Positions 12,351 to 21,192 of a DNA stretch of 64,000 nt are shown one piece after another. The stretch covers positions 416,001 through 480,000 of the forward strand of contig CAVZJB010000011.1 of assembly GCA_963775425.1 (NCBI GenBank), read 5' to 3'. The translations under genes were made by a program, and so were the position numbers. A model generated the notes under the pieces. It saw nothing but the letters and a program-made list of their open reading frames with translations. It made no database searches and was not told where the DNA came from. Numbering within the stretch: the first letter of the stretch is position 1; the number at the start of each line of letters is the position of its first letter. Origin of the DNA: an uncultured delta proteobacterium. GTDB taxonomy: Bacteria > Myxococcota > UBA727 > VGSZ01.

Positions 12351-13865
12351 GTGCGCCCCGTTGTCCTTCCTCTCGTCCTCACCGCGCTGCTGCCGCTCTC
12401 CGCCTGCTTCCTGTTCGACGATGTCAGCCTCGCGTGCGCCGGCGACGACAACTGCCCCGCGGGCGACACCTGCTCGTCGGGCACCTGCGTCGCCGCCGCC
12501 GGCGACGAGGGCGAGGGGGAGGGCGAAGGGGAAGGCGAAGGAGAGGGAGAGGGCGAAGGAGAGGGCGAAGGAGAGGGCGAAGGAGAGGGCGAAGGCGAGG
12601 GCGAGGGCGAGGGAGAGCTCTGCCCGGACAACACCTGCGGCGACGGCTGCCACGACGTGAGCGAGCAGTGCGACGACGGCGCGGCCAACAGCGACCTGAT
12701 CGCCAACCGCTGCCGCACCGACTGCACGCTGCCGCGCTGTGGCGACGCGGTGGTCGACGCGGGCGAGGCGTGCGACGAGGGCGCCTTCAACACCGACACC
12801 GAGCTCGGCGACGTCTGCCGCACCAACTGCGTCTTCGGCGACGCCTGGTCGAACGCCCCCACCGACGGCGCGCCCGGCGCGCGCACGGGGGCGGCGTCGT
12901 TCCTGAGCGGCAACGGCGTCGTGGTGTGGGGCGGCGACAGCGACAAGGACGGCGCGCGGCTCGACCTCGACACGCTCACGTGGCAGCCCATCGCCGACGG
13001 CCCCACCGAGATCAGCGTCGGCACCACCGCCGTCCTCGGAGACAAGCTCTTCGCGTTCCGCGGCGGCGTCCGCGGCACGGAGCCGGCCGGCGGCATCTAT
13101 GACGCGAGCACCGATACGTGGCACACGCTGCCGTCGACGGGCGCGCCGTCGGACCGCGTGCGGCCGAGCGCGGCGTTCCTCGACGCGAACACCGTCGTGG
13201 TCTTTGGCGGCAGCGCGGGCATCAGCGTGCTGATGCTCAACGACGCCTTCATCTACGACGTCGCCGGCGACCAATGGTTGCCGTTCACGCCCAACGGCAC
13301 GCCGCCGTCGCCGCGCCGCGACGCGGGCGTCGCCGTCGTCGGCGGCGACCTGTTCATCTGGGGCGGCGTCACCGACAGCGACACCTCCGCCACCACCAAC
13401 ACCGGCGCCCGCTTCGACCACACGCAGAACCGCTGGGTCGACATGACGACGACGGGCGCTCCCGCGCCGCGCACCGCGCCCACCCTGGTGCCGCTGAACG
13501 ACGGCCGCGTCGCGGTGCTCGCCGGCAGCATCGGCGACGGCTCCATCGGCGGCCTCGACGCCGCCATCTACGATCCCTCGAGCGACACGTGGTCGCCCAT
13601 CGCCGATCCCGTCCCGTGCCTTGGTTCCCGCAGCCCGGTCGCCCTCGTCGGCGACGAGCTCATCGCGCCGCTGTCGTGCAACGCGACACCGGGCGGCCGC
13701 TACTCACTGTCCGCCCAGACCTGGCGAGACACCGGGACCACCGGCGCGCCTCCCGGTCGGTTCTTCACCAACGCGGTCGTGACCCCCCGCGGCGTGTTCG
13801 TCTTCGGCGGCACCGCCCAGAACTTCTTCACCCAGACCGACGTCGGTGCGTTCTACGAGCCTTGA
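12351..13865 (+). CDS. Lipoprotein with (GE)n linker, myxobacterial Cys-rich repeats and Kelch propeller
   Basis: GTG after AGGAG; LLPLSAC lipobox; E(GE)18; CGDG..EQCDDG..N..C repeats; Kelch motifs VWGG, VFGG, IWGG with YD..TDTW. Confidence 0.8.
   Translation: MRPVVLPLVLTALLPLSACFLFDDVSLACAGDDNCPAGDTCSSGTCVAAAGDEGEGEGEGEGEGEGEGEGEGEGEGEGEGEGEGEGEGELCPDNTCGDGCHDVSEQCDDGAANSDLIANRCRTDCTLPRCGDAVVDAGEACDEGAFNTDTELGDVCRTNCVFGDAWSNAPTDGAPGARTGAASFLSGNGVVVWGGDSDKDGARLDLDTLTWQPIADGPTEISVGTTAVLGDKLFAFRGGVRGTEPAGGIYDASTDTWHTLPSTGAPSDRVRPSAAFLDANTVVVFGGSAGISVLMLNDAFIYDVAGDQWLPFTPNGTPPSPRRDAGVAVVGGDLFIWGGVTDSDTSATTNTGARFDHTQNRWVDMTTTGAPAPRTAPTLVPLNDGRVAVLAGSIGDGSIGGLDAAIYDPSSDTWSPIADPVPCLGSRSPVALVGDELIAPLSCNATPGGRYSLSAQTWRDTGTTGAPPGRFFTNAVVTPRGVFVFGGTAQNFFTQTDVGAFYEP
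12507..12617 (+). repeat. Coding (GE)n dipeptide repeat with mixed codons
   Basis: GAG GGC GAG GGG GAG GGC GAA GGG GAA GGC GAA GGA... Confidence 0.9.
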
Positions 13866-13925
13866 GGCCGTTGTCCCTGCGAAGCGCCGCGGGGCTCCCC
13901 GACGCGTCGCCGCGAGCTCCACGCG

Positions 13926-14438
13926 TCAGCGGTAGTCGCGCGGCTTGTAGGCGTTGGGCCCGTTGGCGGGCAGCACGAACGGGACCACGCCGGAGTACAG
14001 CTCGTTGCCGCGCTCGTCCTTGGCGACGAAGCGCGCGACGTGCTCGCCGGGCAGGAAGTGCGCCTTGGCGAGGCTCCGATAGATGAGGCCGAAGGTCACC
14101 TGCGGCATCTCGACAACGGCGGCGTCGGACGCGGCGCCATGGACGAACGGCAGCCGCACATTCTGCTTGGTGAGCAGCCACGACGTCGCCCTCTTCCACG
14201 GCGCGAGCTTGCGCTTCACGTCGAGCGTCCAGGTGATGGTGTGGCCGACCAAGCTCTTGTCGACGGTGATGCCGTCGACGCGGAACAGATAGGCCTTCTC
14301 CCCGTACCAGTGCGTGTCGGGGTGCGTGCGCGCCTCGAGGAGGCCCACCGAGAGCTTCGCCGGCGGCGGGGCGCCGGCGCGCGCGGCGCCGCCGAGCGAG
14401 AGAGCGACGATTGCGGCGAGGAGGAGGGCGGTGCGCAT
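13926..14438 (-). CDS. Secreted hypothetical protein
   Basis: MRTALLLAAIVALSLGGAARA signal peptide; coding-like codon usage. Confidence 0.6.
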   Translation of the reverse strand: MRTALLLAAIVALSLGGAARAGAPPPAKLSVGLLEARTHPDTHWYGEKAYLFRVDGITVDKSLVGHTITWTLDVKRKLAPWKRATSWLLTKQNVRLPFVHGAASDAAVVEMPQVTFGLIYRSLAKAHFLPGEHVARFVAKDERGNELYSGVVPFVLPANGPNAYKPRDYR

Positions 14439-14520
14439 GGTCCGCGGGTTAGCGAGCGCGTCCGTCGTCCACAATCAGAAAACCGGGGACGCCGCCGAAC
14501 GTCGTGGGCGTCGTCATCGG

Positions 14521-15225
14521 TCAGGCGTCGGTTTCACCGCGGGCGCGAATGAGCTTCGGCGGTGTGCCTCCCCAGATCTCGCGCGCCGGCAGCGTCGACG
14601 CCTTCTTCATGATGGAGCCGGCGGCGAGCACGGCGCCGTCGCCGAGGACGCAGCCGGGCATCACCTTCGCCCCGGTGCCGACCAGCGCGCCCTTGCCGAT
14701 GCGCACGGGGCGCATCTTCATCTTGCCGCCCTCGAGGATGTGGCCCTGAACGACGCAGTCGCCGCCGAGCACGGCGTCGTCCTCGATGGTGACGAGGTCC
14801 CACTCGTAGACGTGGATGGTGTTGATGCTCACGCGCCTCCCGATGTGCGCGCCCATCATGCGCAGGTAGAGGTTGAGAAACGGCGTCCCCTTCCAGTGCT
14901 GAAGGAAGAGCACGTTCGCCCAGTTGGTGAGCGCGCCGGTGGTGCCCCAGCCGACCACGGGCCAGGAGAACAGCGGCCACTCGCCCTCGCGGGGGCGATA
15001 GAAGACGAGCCACTTGTAGGCGACGCACAGGAGCACATAGCTCCAGCCCCACACCCCGTAGAGGAACGGCACCGACGCCACCGCCCACATCGTCGACGTC
15101 CAATACTGGATCCACACGAACGCGAACCAGCAGGGCAGGAGCGCCAGGCCCGAAAAGGCCGCACACAGCGAAAAGACGACGATCCCGCCGGCCCAACGGC
15201 CGAGGTCGATGACGAAGCCGGGCAT
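14521..15225 (-). CDS. Membrane-anchored hexapeptide-repeat acyltransferase
   Basis: N-terminal TM helices; LRMMGAHIGRRVSI, VTIEDDAVLG, VRIGKGALVGTGAKVMPGCVLGDGAVLAAGS. Confidence 0.8.
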   Translation of the reverse strand: MPGFVIDLGRWAGGIVVFSLCAAFSGLALLPCWFAFVWIQYWTSTMWAVASVPFLYGVWGWSYVLLCVAYKWLVFYRPREGEWPLFSWPVVGWGTTGALTNWANVLFLQHWKGTPFLNLYLRMMGAHIGRRVSINTIHVYEWDLVTIEDDAVLGGDCVVQGHILEGGKMKMRPVRIGKGALVGTGAKVMPGCVLGDGAVLAAGSIMKKASTLPAREIWGGTPPKLIRARGETDA

Positions 15226-15286
15226 GTTTCACACCTCCGTGCGCACCGCGCCTCGGGCGAAGCAAGGACTATACTCGCGGCCGACG

Positions 15287-16927
15287 ATGAGCCCCGCCCC
15301 CGCTCACGCGGCGCCCGCCGCCCCCGACGGCGACGACGCGCTGCCTCGCCCGTTCGGTCCCTACTTGCTGCTCGCGCGCCTCGCGCGCGGCGGGATGGGC
15401 GAGGTGTTCCTCGCCAAGCACGGCGGGCTCCAGGGCTTCGAGAAGCACTGCGTGGTGAAGAGCCTGCGCGGCGACCTCGCGTCCCACGGCGAGTACGCGA
15501 ACCGCTTCGCGGAGGAGGCGCGCGTCGTCGTGCATCTGTCCCATCGCAACATCTGCTCGGTGTTCGACGTCGGTCGCGCCCAAGGCCAGCTCTATGTGGC
15601 CATGGAGCACATCGTCGGCGCCGACCTGCGGATGGTGACCTCGCGCGCGCGGATGACGCCGGCGCTCGCCGTGCACGTGATCTCCGAGGTGCTCGAGGCG
15701 CTCGACTACGCCCATCGCTTCGTCGACGCCGAGACCGAGCAGCCGCTCGCGCTCGTGCACCGCGACGTATCGCCGCACAACGTGCTGCTCGGGTGCGAGG
15801 GCGACGTGAAGCTCATCGACTTCGGCATCGCCACCAGCGCGCGGCTCGGCCCGGTCACCGACGACGGCACGGTCCTCGGCAAGCTCACGTACATGTCGCC
15901 GGAGCACGCGCGCGGGGACGCCGTCGACGGCCGCTCCGACGAATACGCCGCGGCGGTCCTGTTGACGGAGCTCCTCACCGGCGCCCCGTTCACCGACGGC
16001 CTGAGCCGCGAAGAGGCCTGGCGCATTTCGGGCCTCGGCGGTCATCGGCCGGAGCAGTTTTCGTCCATCGAAGCCGAGCTGCGCGCGGTCCTCGATCGTG
16101 CGCTCCAGCCGAGCGCGGAGGTGCGCTTCCCGACGTGCTCGGCGTTCGGCGACGCCATCGTGCAGTGGGCGCGCAAGCACGGCCACGTCGCGGACGCCCG
16201 CGACGTGCGTCGCATGATGGCCGGCATCTTCCCCGGCCTCGACGCCGAGACGCGCCACTTCGTGCGCGGCTTCCACGAAGTGCACGCGCCGTCGCTGGAG
16301 ACGGCGGTGAAGACGCCCGGCTTCGAGACCATCGCGACCACCATGATGATGGCGCCCACCACCGTCGGTGAGCACAGCGCGCCGCCGGCGAGCACCCCGG
16401 ACGTCCCCGGGACCCTGCCGGGCACCTCGGTGCTGCCGCCCGCGCGCACCTGGCTCCCGCGCGTGGCCGCCGGCGCCGCCGTCGTCCTCGCCGCCGCCGT
16501 CGGCCTCGCGGCGGGGCTCGCGCTCGATGGTCGCCGCGCGGCCGACGACGGCGAGCGTGTCGTCGCGCTACCCCCGTCGCCGCTGCCGCACGCGCCGCTC
16601 TCCGCGGACGCGGCCGGAGCCGCCGCGGCTGACCCCGACGCTGGCGCCGGCGCCGACGACGCGGTCGACGCCGCCGCGCGCGCCGACGACGACGACGACG
16701 CAGGCAAGGCCAGGGGGGCCCACGCCGGGGTGCGCCCCCGCAAGCGCGGCGCGCGCATCGACGCCGACACGCGCCGAACGCTGACGTACCTCAACGGCTG
16801 CGTGGGCGTCGTGACCTGCGCGCCGGGCGTGCTCGAGTGGAGCCGGCGCCACCTGAGCGGCCCCGAGCGCGATCAGCTCGCCGACGCCGTCGCCGACTGC
16901 GCGCAGAAGTGCCGCCTCAAGCGGTGA
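15287..16927 (+). CDS. Membrane Ser/Thr protein kinase
   Basis: LARGGMGEVF, VVKSL, HRDVSPHN, DFG, GKLTYMSPE; TM helix; C-terminal 4-Cys domain. Confidence 0.9.
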   Translation: MSPAPAHAAPAAPDGDDALPRPFGPYLLLARLARGGMGEVFLAKHGGLQGFEKHCVVKSLRGDLASHGEYANRFAEEARVVVHLSHRNICSVFDVGRAQGQLYVAMEHIVGADLRMVTSRARMTPALAVHVISEVLEALDYAHRFVDAETEQPLALVHRDVSPHNVLLGCEGDVKLIDFGIATSARLGPVTDDGTVLGKLTYMSPEHARGDAVDGRSDEYAAAVLLTELLTGAPFTDGLSREEAWRISGLGGHRPEQFSSIEAELRAVLDRALQPSAEVRFPTCSAFGDAIVQWARKHGHVADARDVRRMMAGIFPGLDAETRHFVRGFHEVHAPSLETAVKTPGFETIATTMMMAPTTVGEHSAPPASTPDVPGTLPGTSVLPPARTWLPRVAAGAAVVLAAAVGLAAGLALDGRRAADDGERVVALPPSPLPHAPLSADAAGAAAADPDAGAGADDAVDAAARADDDDDAGKARGAHAGVRPRKRGARIDADTRRTLTYLNGCVGVVTCAPGVLEWSRRHLSGPERDQLADAVADCAQKCRLKR

Positions 16928-17009
16928 AAGGCTGACGAAGAAATGTTGCTCGTAGCAGCACTCGGCGAAGCCGCCCACAAGGTGGCTCGCCGCGCGGAGT
17001 AGTACGTGG

Positions 17010-17136
17010 CGAGGCACGTCGGCGCGCAAGAACCGCTGCAGGTTGTGAGGAAACGGCGGGTCCGAGCGGTGTTGTGATCCCGCTATCAGCGCACGTGGCG
17101 GGTTCGTGCGGGTCGTGTGCGCGCCGACGTGCCTCG
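17010..17136. repeat. 19-bp perfect inverted repeat flanking ~90 nt
   Basis: CGAGGCACGTCGGCGCGCA (17010-17028) / TGCGCGCCGACGTGCCTCG (17118-17136). Confidence 0.8.
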
Positions 17137-17261
17137 ATGCGACGTCGGCGCGGACTTCAGGCGGTGAGCTTCGCGAGGTTCTGCAGCAGGTTGAAGGCCA
17201 CGGCCTGGGTCTTCAGCTTGGGCGCTCGGAATCAGCGAAGGCTAGACAACGTCGCCACCGC

Positions 17262-17350
17262 CGGAGCGGAAAGGAGCGGAGAGCTCGGCGCCCCGGCGCT
17301 CAACTCGGCGCGCGTCTTCGTCGCCGAGCTCGGAGCTCCTTTCCGCTCCG
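17262..17350. repeat. Long hairpin (16-bp + 10-bp stems, GGA/GGA internal loop)
   Basis: CGGAGCGGAAAGGAGC-GGA-GAGCTCGGCG ... CGCCGAGCTC-GGA-GCTCCTTTCCGCTCCG. Confidence 0.8.
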
Positions 17351-17517
17351 CCGTGTGGCCGGAGCACCGTCCCCTTCCGGGTGGCTCGGATCAACGGTCC
17401 ATCGGAGCGCAGCCGCCACGAGCCTGGGAGCCGCGAACGATCGGACGCGGCCGCTCCAAAACAGGACACCCCGGACGCGCGCGGGGGCGGCGCCCGGGCA
17501 TCTCGTAGTGTCGCCGC

Positions 17518-18069
17518 GTGCCGAACGTCCGCGGTGTCTTGTTCCTCGATTACGTGCGGATGATCCGCTCGCGCAAGGATCTCGAGTGGTCCTCGTGCAT
17601 CACCGAGGAGGATCGCCCCTACGTCGTCGCGCCCGTCGACCCGGAGACCTGGTACCCGATGGCCGTGTTCGAGCGGCTGGGCAACGCCATCCTCAAGCTG
17701 ATCGCGTACGACGAGATGGAGCTCGTGCGCGCCTGGGGCTACCACTCCGTCGACACGCTCTGTCGCAGCGAGCCGAACCTGCTCGCGCCCGGCGACACCG
17801 TCGAGACGCTCACGCGCTTCCGCGTGCTGCGCTCCACGTTCTTCGACTTCGAGGCCCTGCAGATCCCGCTGCTCCACGTCGACGAGGCCGACATCGTCAT
17901 CGCGTACGGCATGGGCTCACCGGCGGAGGAGGCGGCGTCGTGGCAGACCCTCGGCTTCTTCCAACGCCTGCTCGAGCTCGCCGGTGCCACCGACGTCACC
18001 GCGTCCTTCGATCAGCGCGTGTGGGCGGGCGATCCGCGCACGCTGCTGCGCATCACGTGGACGCCGTAG
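17518..18069 (+). CDS. DUF2378/TIGR02265-like myxobacterial protein (V4R/HNOB-like fold)
   Basis: VRGVLF, WYPMAVFERL, GFFQRLLELAGATDV, ends RITW. Confidence 0.55.
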   Translation: MPNVRGVLFLDYVRMIRSRKDLEWSSCITEEDRPYVVAPVDPETWYPMAVFERLGNAILKLIAYDEMELVRAWGYHSVDTLCRSEPNLLAPGDTVETLTRFRVLRSTFFDFEALQIPLLHVDEADIVIAYGMGSPAEEAASWQTLGFFQRLLELAGATDVTASFDQRVWAGDPRTLLRITWTP

Positions 18070-20251
18070 GCAGCCGCTCGGCCACCAGCTCGGCGATGTC
18101 CTTCACCTTGATCTTCTCTTCCACGTCGAGGGTCTTGGTGCCGTCGACGATCATCGACTTGCAGAAGGGGCACCCGACCGCCACGGTGGTGGCCCCCGTC
18201 GCGATCGCCTGCTTGGTGCGCTCGACGTTCACGCGCTCGCCGATGTGCTCCTCCATGAACAAGCGGCCGCCGCCGGCGCCGCAGCAGAAGCTCGACTTCT
18301 TGCTGCGCTCCATCTCGGTGTTCTTGACGCCGATCTTTACGAGCGCCTCGCGGGGCGCGTCGAACTCGCGGTTGTAGCGCCCGAGGTAGCAGGGGTCATG
18401 GAAGGTGACGTGCTCCTTGAGCGCGCTCTTGGTGTCGAGCGGGATCTTGCCGTCCTTCAAGAGCTCTTCGATGAGCTGCGTGTGGTGCATGACGTCGTAG
18501 TGGACGCCGAGCTCGCCGTACTCGTTCTTGAGCGAGTTCATGCAGTGCGGGCACGTGGTGAAGATCTTCTTGAACTTGTACTGCCCGAGCGTGGCGATGT
18601 TCTCCTGGGCGAGCTGGTTCCACACCGCCTCGTTGCCCATGCGGCGGGCGGGGTCGCCGGTGCACTTCTCCTCGCAGCCGAGGATGGCGAAGTCGACCTT
18701 GGCCGCCTGGAGCACGCGCACCAGCGCCTGCTGCACCTTCTTGGCGTTGTCGTCGGTGGCGCCGGCGCAGCCGACCCAGAACAGGTACTGCACCTCGCGC
18801 TCCGTGCCGACGCTGGCCATGGTGGGGACGTCGAGGCCCTCGGCCCACTCCTCACGCTTGTCCTGGCCCATGCCCCAGGGGTTGCCCTGGCGCTCCATGC
18901 CTTTGAACGCGGCGGTGAGCTCCTTGGGGAAGTCGGACTCCATCATCACCAGGTGCTGGCGGATGCCGATGAGGCTCGCGGGCACGGAGTCGATGAGCAC
19001 CGGGCACGCCTCGAAGCACGCGCCGCAGGTGGTGCAGGCCCAGGCGTCGTCGACGTGGATCTGGCCGTCGATGGTGGTGTAGGTGCCGTCCTCGCGGATG
19101 GCCTCCTTGGGCACCTCCTCCTTGCTGATGAGCGGGAAGAGCTCGAGCGCCTCCTCCGCCTCCTTGTTGCGGGCGATGGCCCGGCCGTAGGAGTCGCGCA
19201 GCGCGTAGAGCTGCGGGCCGTTCTTCTTCAGGAGGTTGATCTTCTCGTCGTGCAGGACCTTCTTGGGCTTGAGCGGCTTGTGCGTGAGGTGCGCGGGGCA
19301 GACGTTGTTGCAGCGCGCGCACTCGGTGCACGCGAACGTGTCGAGCAGGGTCTTCCAGGGGAGCTCGGTGATGCGATCGATGCCGTATTTCTCCGCGGTC
19401 TCGAAGTCGATCGCCGGGGGAACGCCGAGCGGCCGCTCGCCCTTCTTGTGCACGTGCTGCCGCCACCCGTAGCTGCCGGTGCGGAAGAACCAGGTGTTGG
19501 GGCCGGCGAACACGAGGTGCATGTGCTTGGACATCGGGATGTACACGCCGAAGCCGAGGAACACCGCGACGTGCGCGAACCAGAACGTCCAGTAGATGGC
19601 GTCGACGGCGCCGACGGGCAGGTTGGACATCCACATCGCCATCAGCGACGTGAAGGGCTGGGAGCGCGCGAACACGAACGCGTAGCCGGACTCGCGCACG
19701 TGCATAGCGCCCTGAAGCATGAAGAACGTCACGTAGAGGCCGAGGATGAAGTAGAGGATGATCTCGGCGTCGAGCGAGCGCGGCACGAGGCGCTTGGGCG
19801 GAAACAGCAGGCGTCGCGCGATGGCGATGGCGGCGGCGACGAGGACGATGGCCGCCATGGCGTCCTGGCTCACGTGGTAGAGCTTCTCGAGCGGCATCGG
19901 CAACAAGACGCCGTACGAGAAGGGGTGGACGCCCCACGTCTGCAGGAAGTCGGTGAGCCCCTCGAGGACGATCTCGGTGTGCCCGGCGCCGAGGACGAGG
20001 AAGCCGTAGATGAAGCACATGTGCAGGAGGCCGGAGACCGGGTCCTCGAGCGTCTTCCTGTGACCGAGGACGATGGAGCCGACCATCTTCCAGCGCGCCG
20101 CTTTGTGGTCGGTGTGCTTCTCCTCGTGGGCGCCCATGTTGATGAACGCGCTGATGCGGCCGAGCCGCTGGAACATGAAGGCGAAGGCGCAGAGCACCGC
20201 CGCCAGCGTGATGGTCGAGTGAAGGATGAACCACATGGCGCTTCGCGTCAT
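18053..20251 (-). CDS. FadF-like membrane Fe-S oxidoreductase (TM domain + 2x[4Fe-4S] + two CCG domains); probable ETF:quinone oxidoreductase
   Basis: TM N-terminus with SKHMH; CTECARCNNVCP; CTTCGACFEACP; CPHC; HDPCYLGR; CCGAGGG; CPFC. Start may be 20236. Confidence 0.85.
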   Translation of the reverse strand: MTRSAMWFILHSTITLAAVLCAFAFMFQRLGRISAFINMGAHEEKHTDHKAARWKMVGSIVLGHRKTLEDPVSGLLHMCFIYGFLVLGAGHTEIVLEGLTDFLQTWGVHPFSYGVLLPMPLEKLYHVSQDAMAAIVLVAAAIAIARRLLFPPKRLVPRSLDAEIILYFILGLYVTFFMLQGAMHVRESGYAFVFARSQPFTSLMAMWMSNLPVGAVDAIYWTFWFAHVAVFLGFGVYIPMSKHMHLVFAGPNTWFFRTGSYGWRQHVHKKGERPLGVPPAIDFETAEKYGIDRITELPWKTLLDTFACTECARCNNVCPAHLTHKPLKPKKVLHDEKINLLKKNGPQLYALRDSYGRAIARNKEAEEALELFPLISKEEVPKEAIREDGTYTTIDGQIHVDDAWACTTCGACFEACPVLIDSVPASLIGIRQHLVMMESDFPKELTAAFKGMERQGNPWGMGQDKREEWAEGLDVPTMASVGTEREVQYLFWVGCAGATDDNAKKVQQALVRVLQAAKVDFAILGCEEKCTGDPARRMGNEAVWNQLAQENIATLGQYKFKKIFTTCPHCMNSLKNEYGELGVHYDVMHHTQLIEELLKDGKIPLDTKSALKEHVTFHDPCYLGRYNREFDAPREALVKIGVKNTEMERSKKSSFCCGAGGGRLFMEEHIGERVNVERTKQAIATGATTVAVGCPFCKSMIVDGTKTLDVEEKIKVKDIAELVAERLPTAST

Positions 20252-20257
20252 ACCCGG

Positions 20258-20806
20258 CTAGCGGGCAACGCGCCACCAGGTCAGCGCGGTGAGGGTGAGC
20301 GCGTTCTGCAGCTCGCCCGTCCGGAGCGCGTCGTCGACGGCGTCCACGGCGAGCGTCTCCACCTCGATGTCCTCGGTCGGGTCGAGGTCCTGCGCGGCGA
20401 CCTTGCGGGCGCCCTCGACAAGCACCGTGGCGCAGCGGTTGTTCATGAAAGCGGGGTTCGGCCAGACGGCGCCGATGATGCGCGCGGGCTTGTCGGGTGC
20501 GGGGGCGTAGCCCGTCTCCTCCTTCAGCTCGCGCAGCCCGGCGGTGAGCGGGTCTTCGTCGCGCTCGACGAGCCCCGCGGGCAATTCGAGGGTGAAGGCG
20601 CGCGCGCCGAAGCGCCACTGGCGCACGAGCACCAGCTCGTTTCCCTCGGTGACGCACACGACGTTCACCCAGTCCGGCGCCACCAGCCGGTCCACCGTGA
20701 CCGGCTTGCCCGACTTGGGGTTTTTGACGACGTCGGAGCGCACGGTGAAGACCCGGCGCCGGTCGGGGACGCCCTCCTCGAGCTCATCCCAGGGCAACAG
20801 CGGCAT
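20258..20806 (-). CDS. NUDIX hydrolase (ADP-ribose pyrophosphatase-like)
   Basis: LELPAGLVERDEDPLTAGLRELKEETGY Nudix box. Confidence 0.9.
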   Translation of the reverse strand: MPLLPWDELEEGVPDRRRVFTVRSDVVKNPKSGKPVTVDRLVAPDWVNVVCVTEGNELVLVRQWRFGARAFTLELPAGLVERDEDPLTAGLRELKEETGYAPAPDKPARIIGAVWPNPAFMNNRCATVLVEGARKVAAQDLDPTEDIEVETLAVDAVDDALRTGELQNALTLTALTWWRVAR

Positions 20807-20845
20807 GCGGCGCAACCTCCCACGGATCTGTCCGACAATGTAGGT

Positions 20846-21181
20846 GTGACTCCCACGGAATCGTTCTTCACGAAAGACCTCCCCGCCCTGATCGTCCGGG
20901 AGCTGTCGCGGTTCCGCTCGTCCCGCGGGACCCTGGCGTTCTCCTGCGCCGGCGAGAAGTTCACGCTCTGCCTCGGCGACGCCGCCGCCCCCGTGGTGCC
21001 CGGCTTCCTGCGCAGCGCCGACGTGAAGCTGTGGTTCACGGGAGACGCCTTCGAGCGCTTCCTGGCCGGCGAGATCGTGCCGGGGCAGGTGCGCGTGCAG
21101 GGGGACGCCGAGGTGCTCGAGCGCTTCGGTCGTCTGCTCATGCCCGCCGCCAGCTCGCTCTCCGTTCGCTTCGCCGCCTGA
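20846..21181 (+). CDS. Small SCP2 sterol-carrier-like protein
   Basis: 3' part of the 17984 shadow ORF; ADVKLWFTGDAFERFLAG...GQVRVQGDAEVL resembles SCP2 fold. Confidence 0.5.
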   Translation: MTPTESFFTKDLPALIVRELSRFRSSRGTLAFSCAGEKFTLCLGDAAAPVVPGFLRSADVKLWFTGDAFERFLAGEIVPGQVRVQGDAEVLERFGRLLMPAASSLSVRFAA

Positions 21182-21192
21182 AAGGAACAGCC

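Noticed and set aside
17157-17231. Possible tmRNA tag reading frame (ends ...AKLTA-stop)
   Set aside because: No tRNA-like ends or ANDN-type resume sequence recognised; treated as a gene remnant
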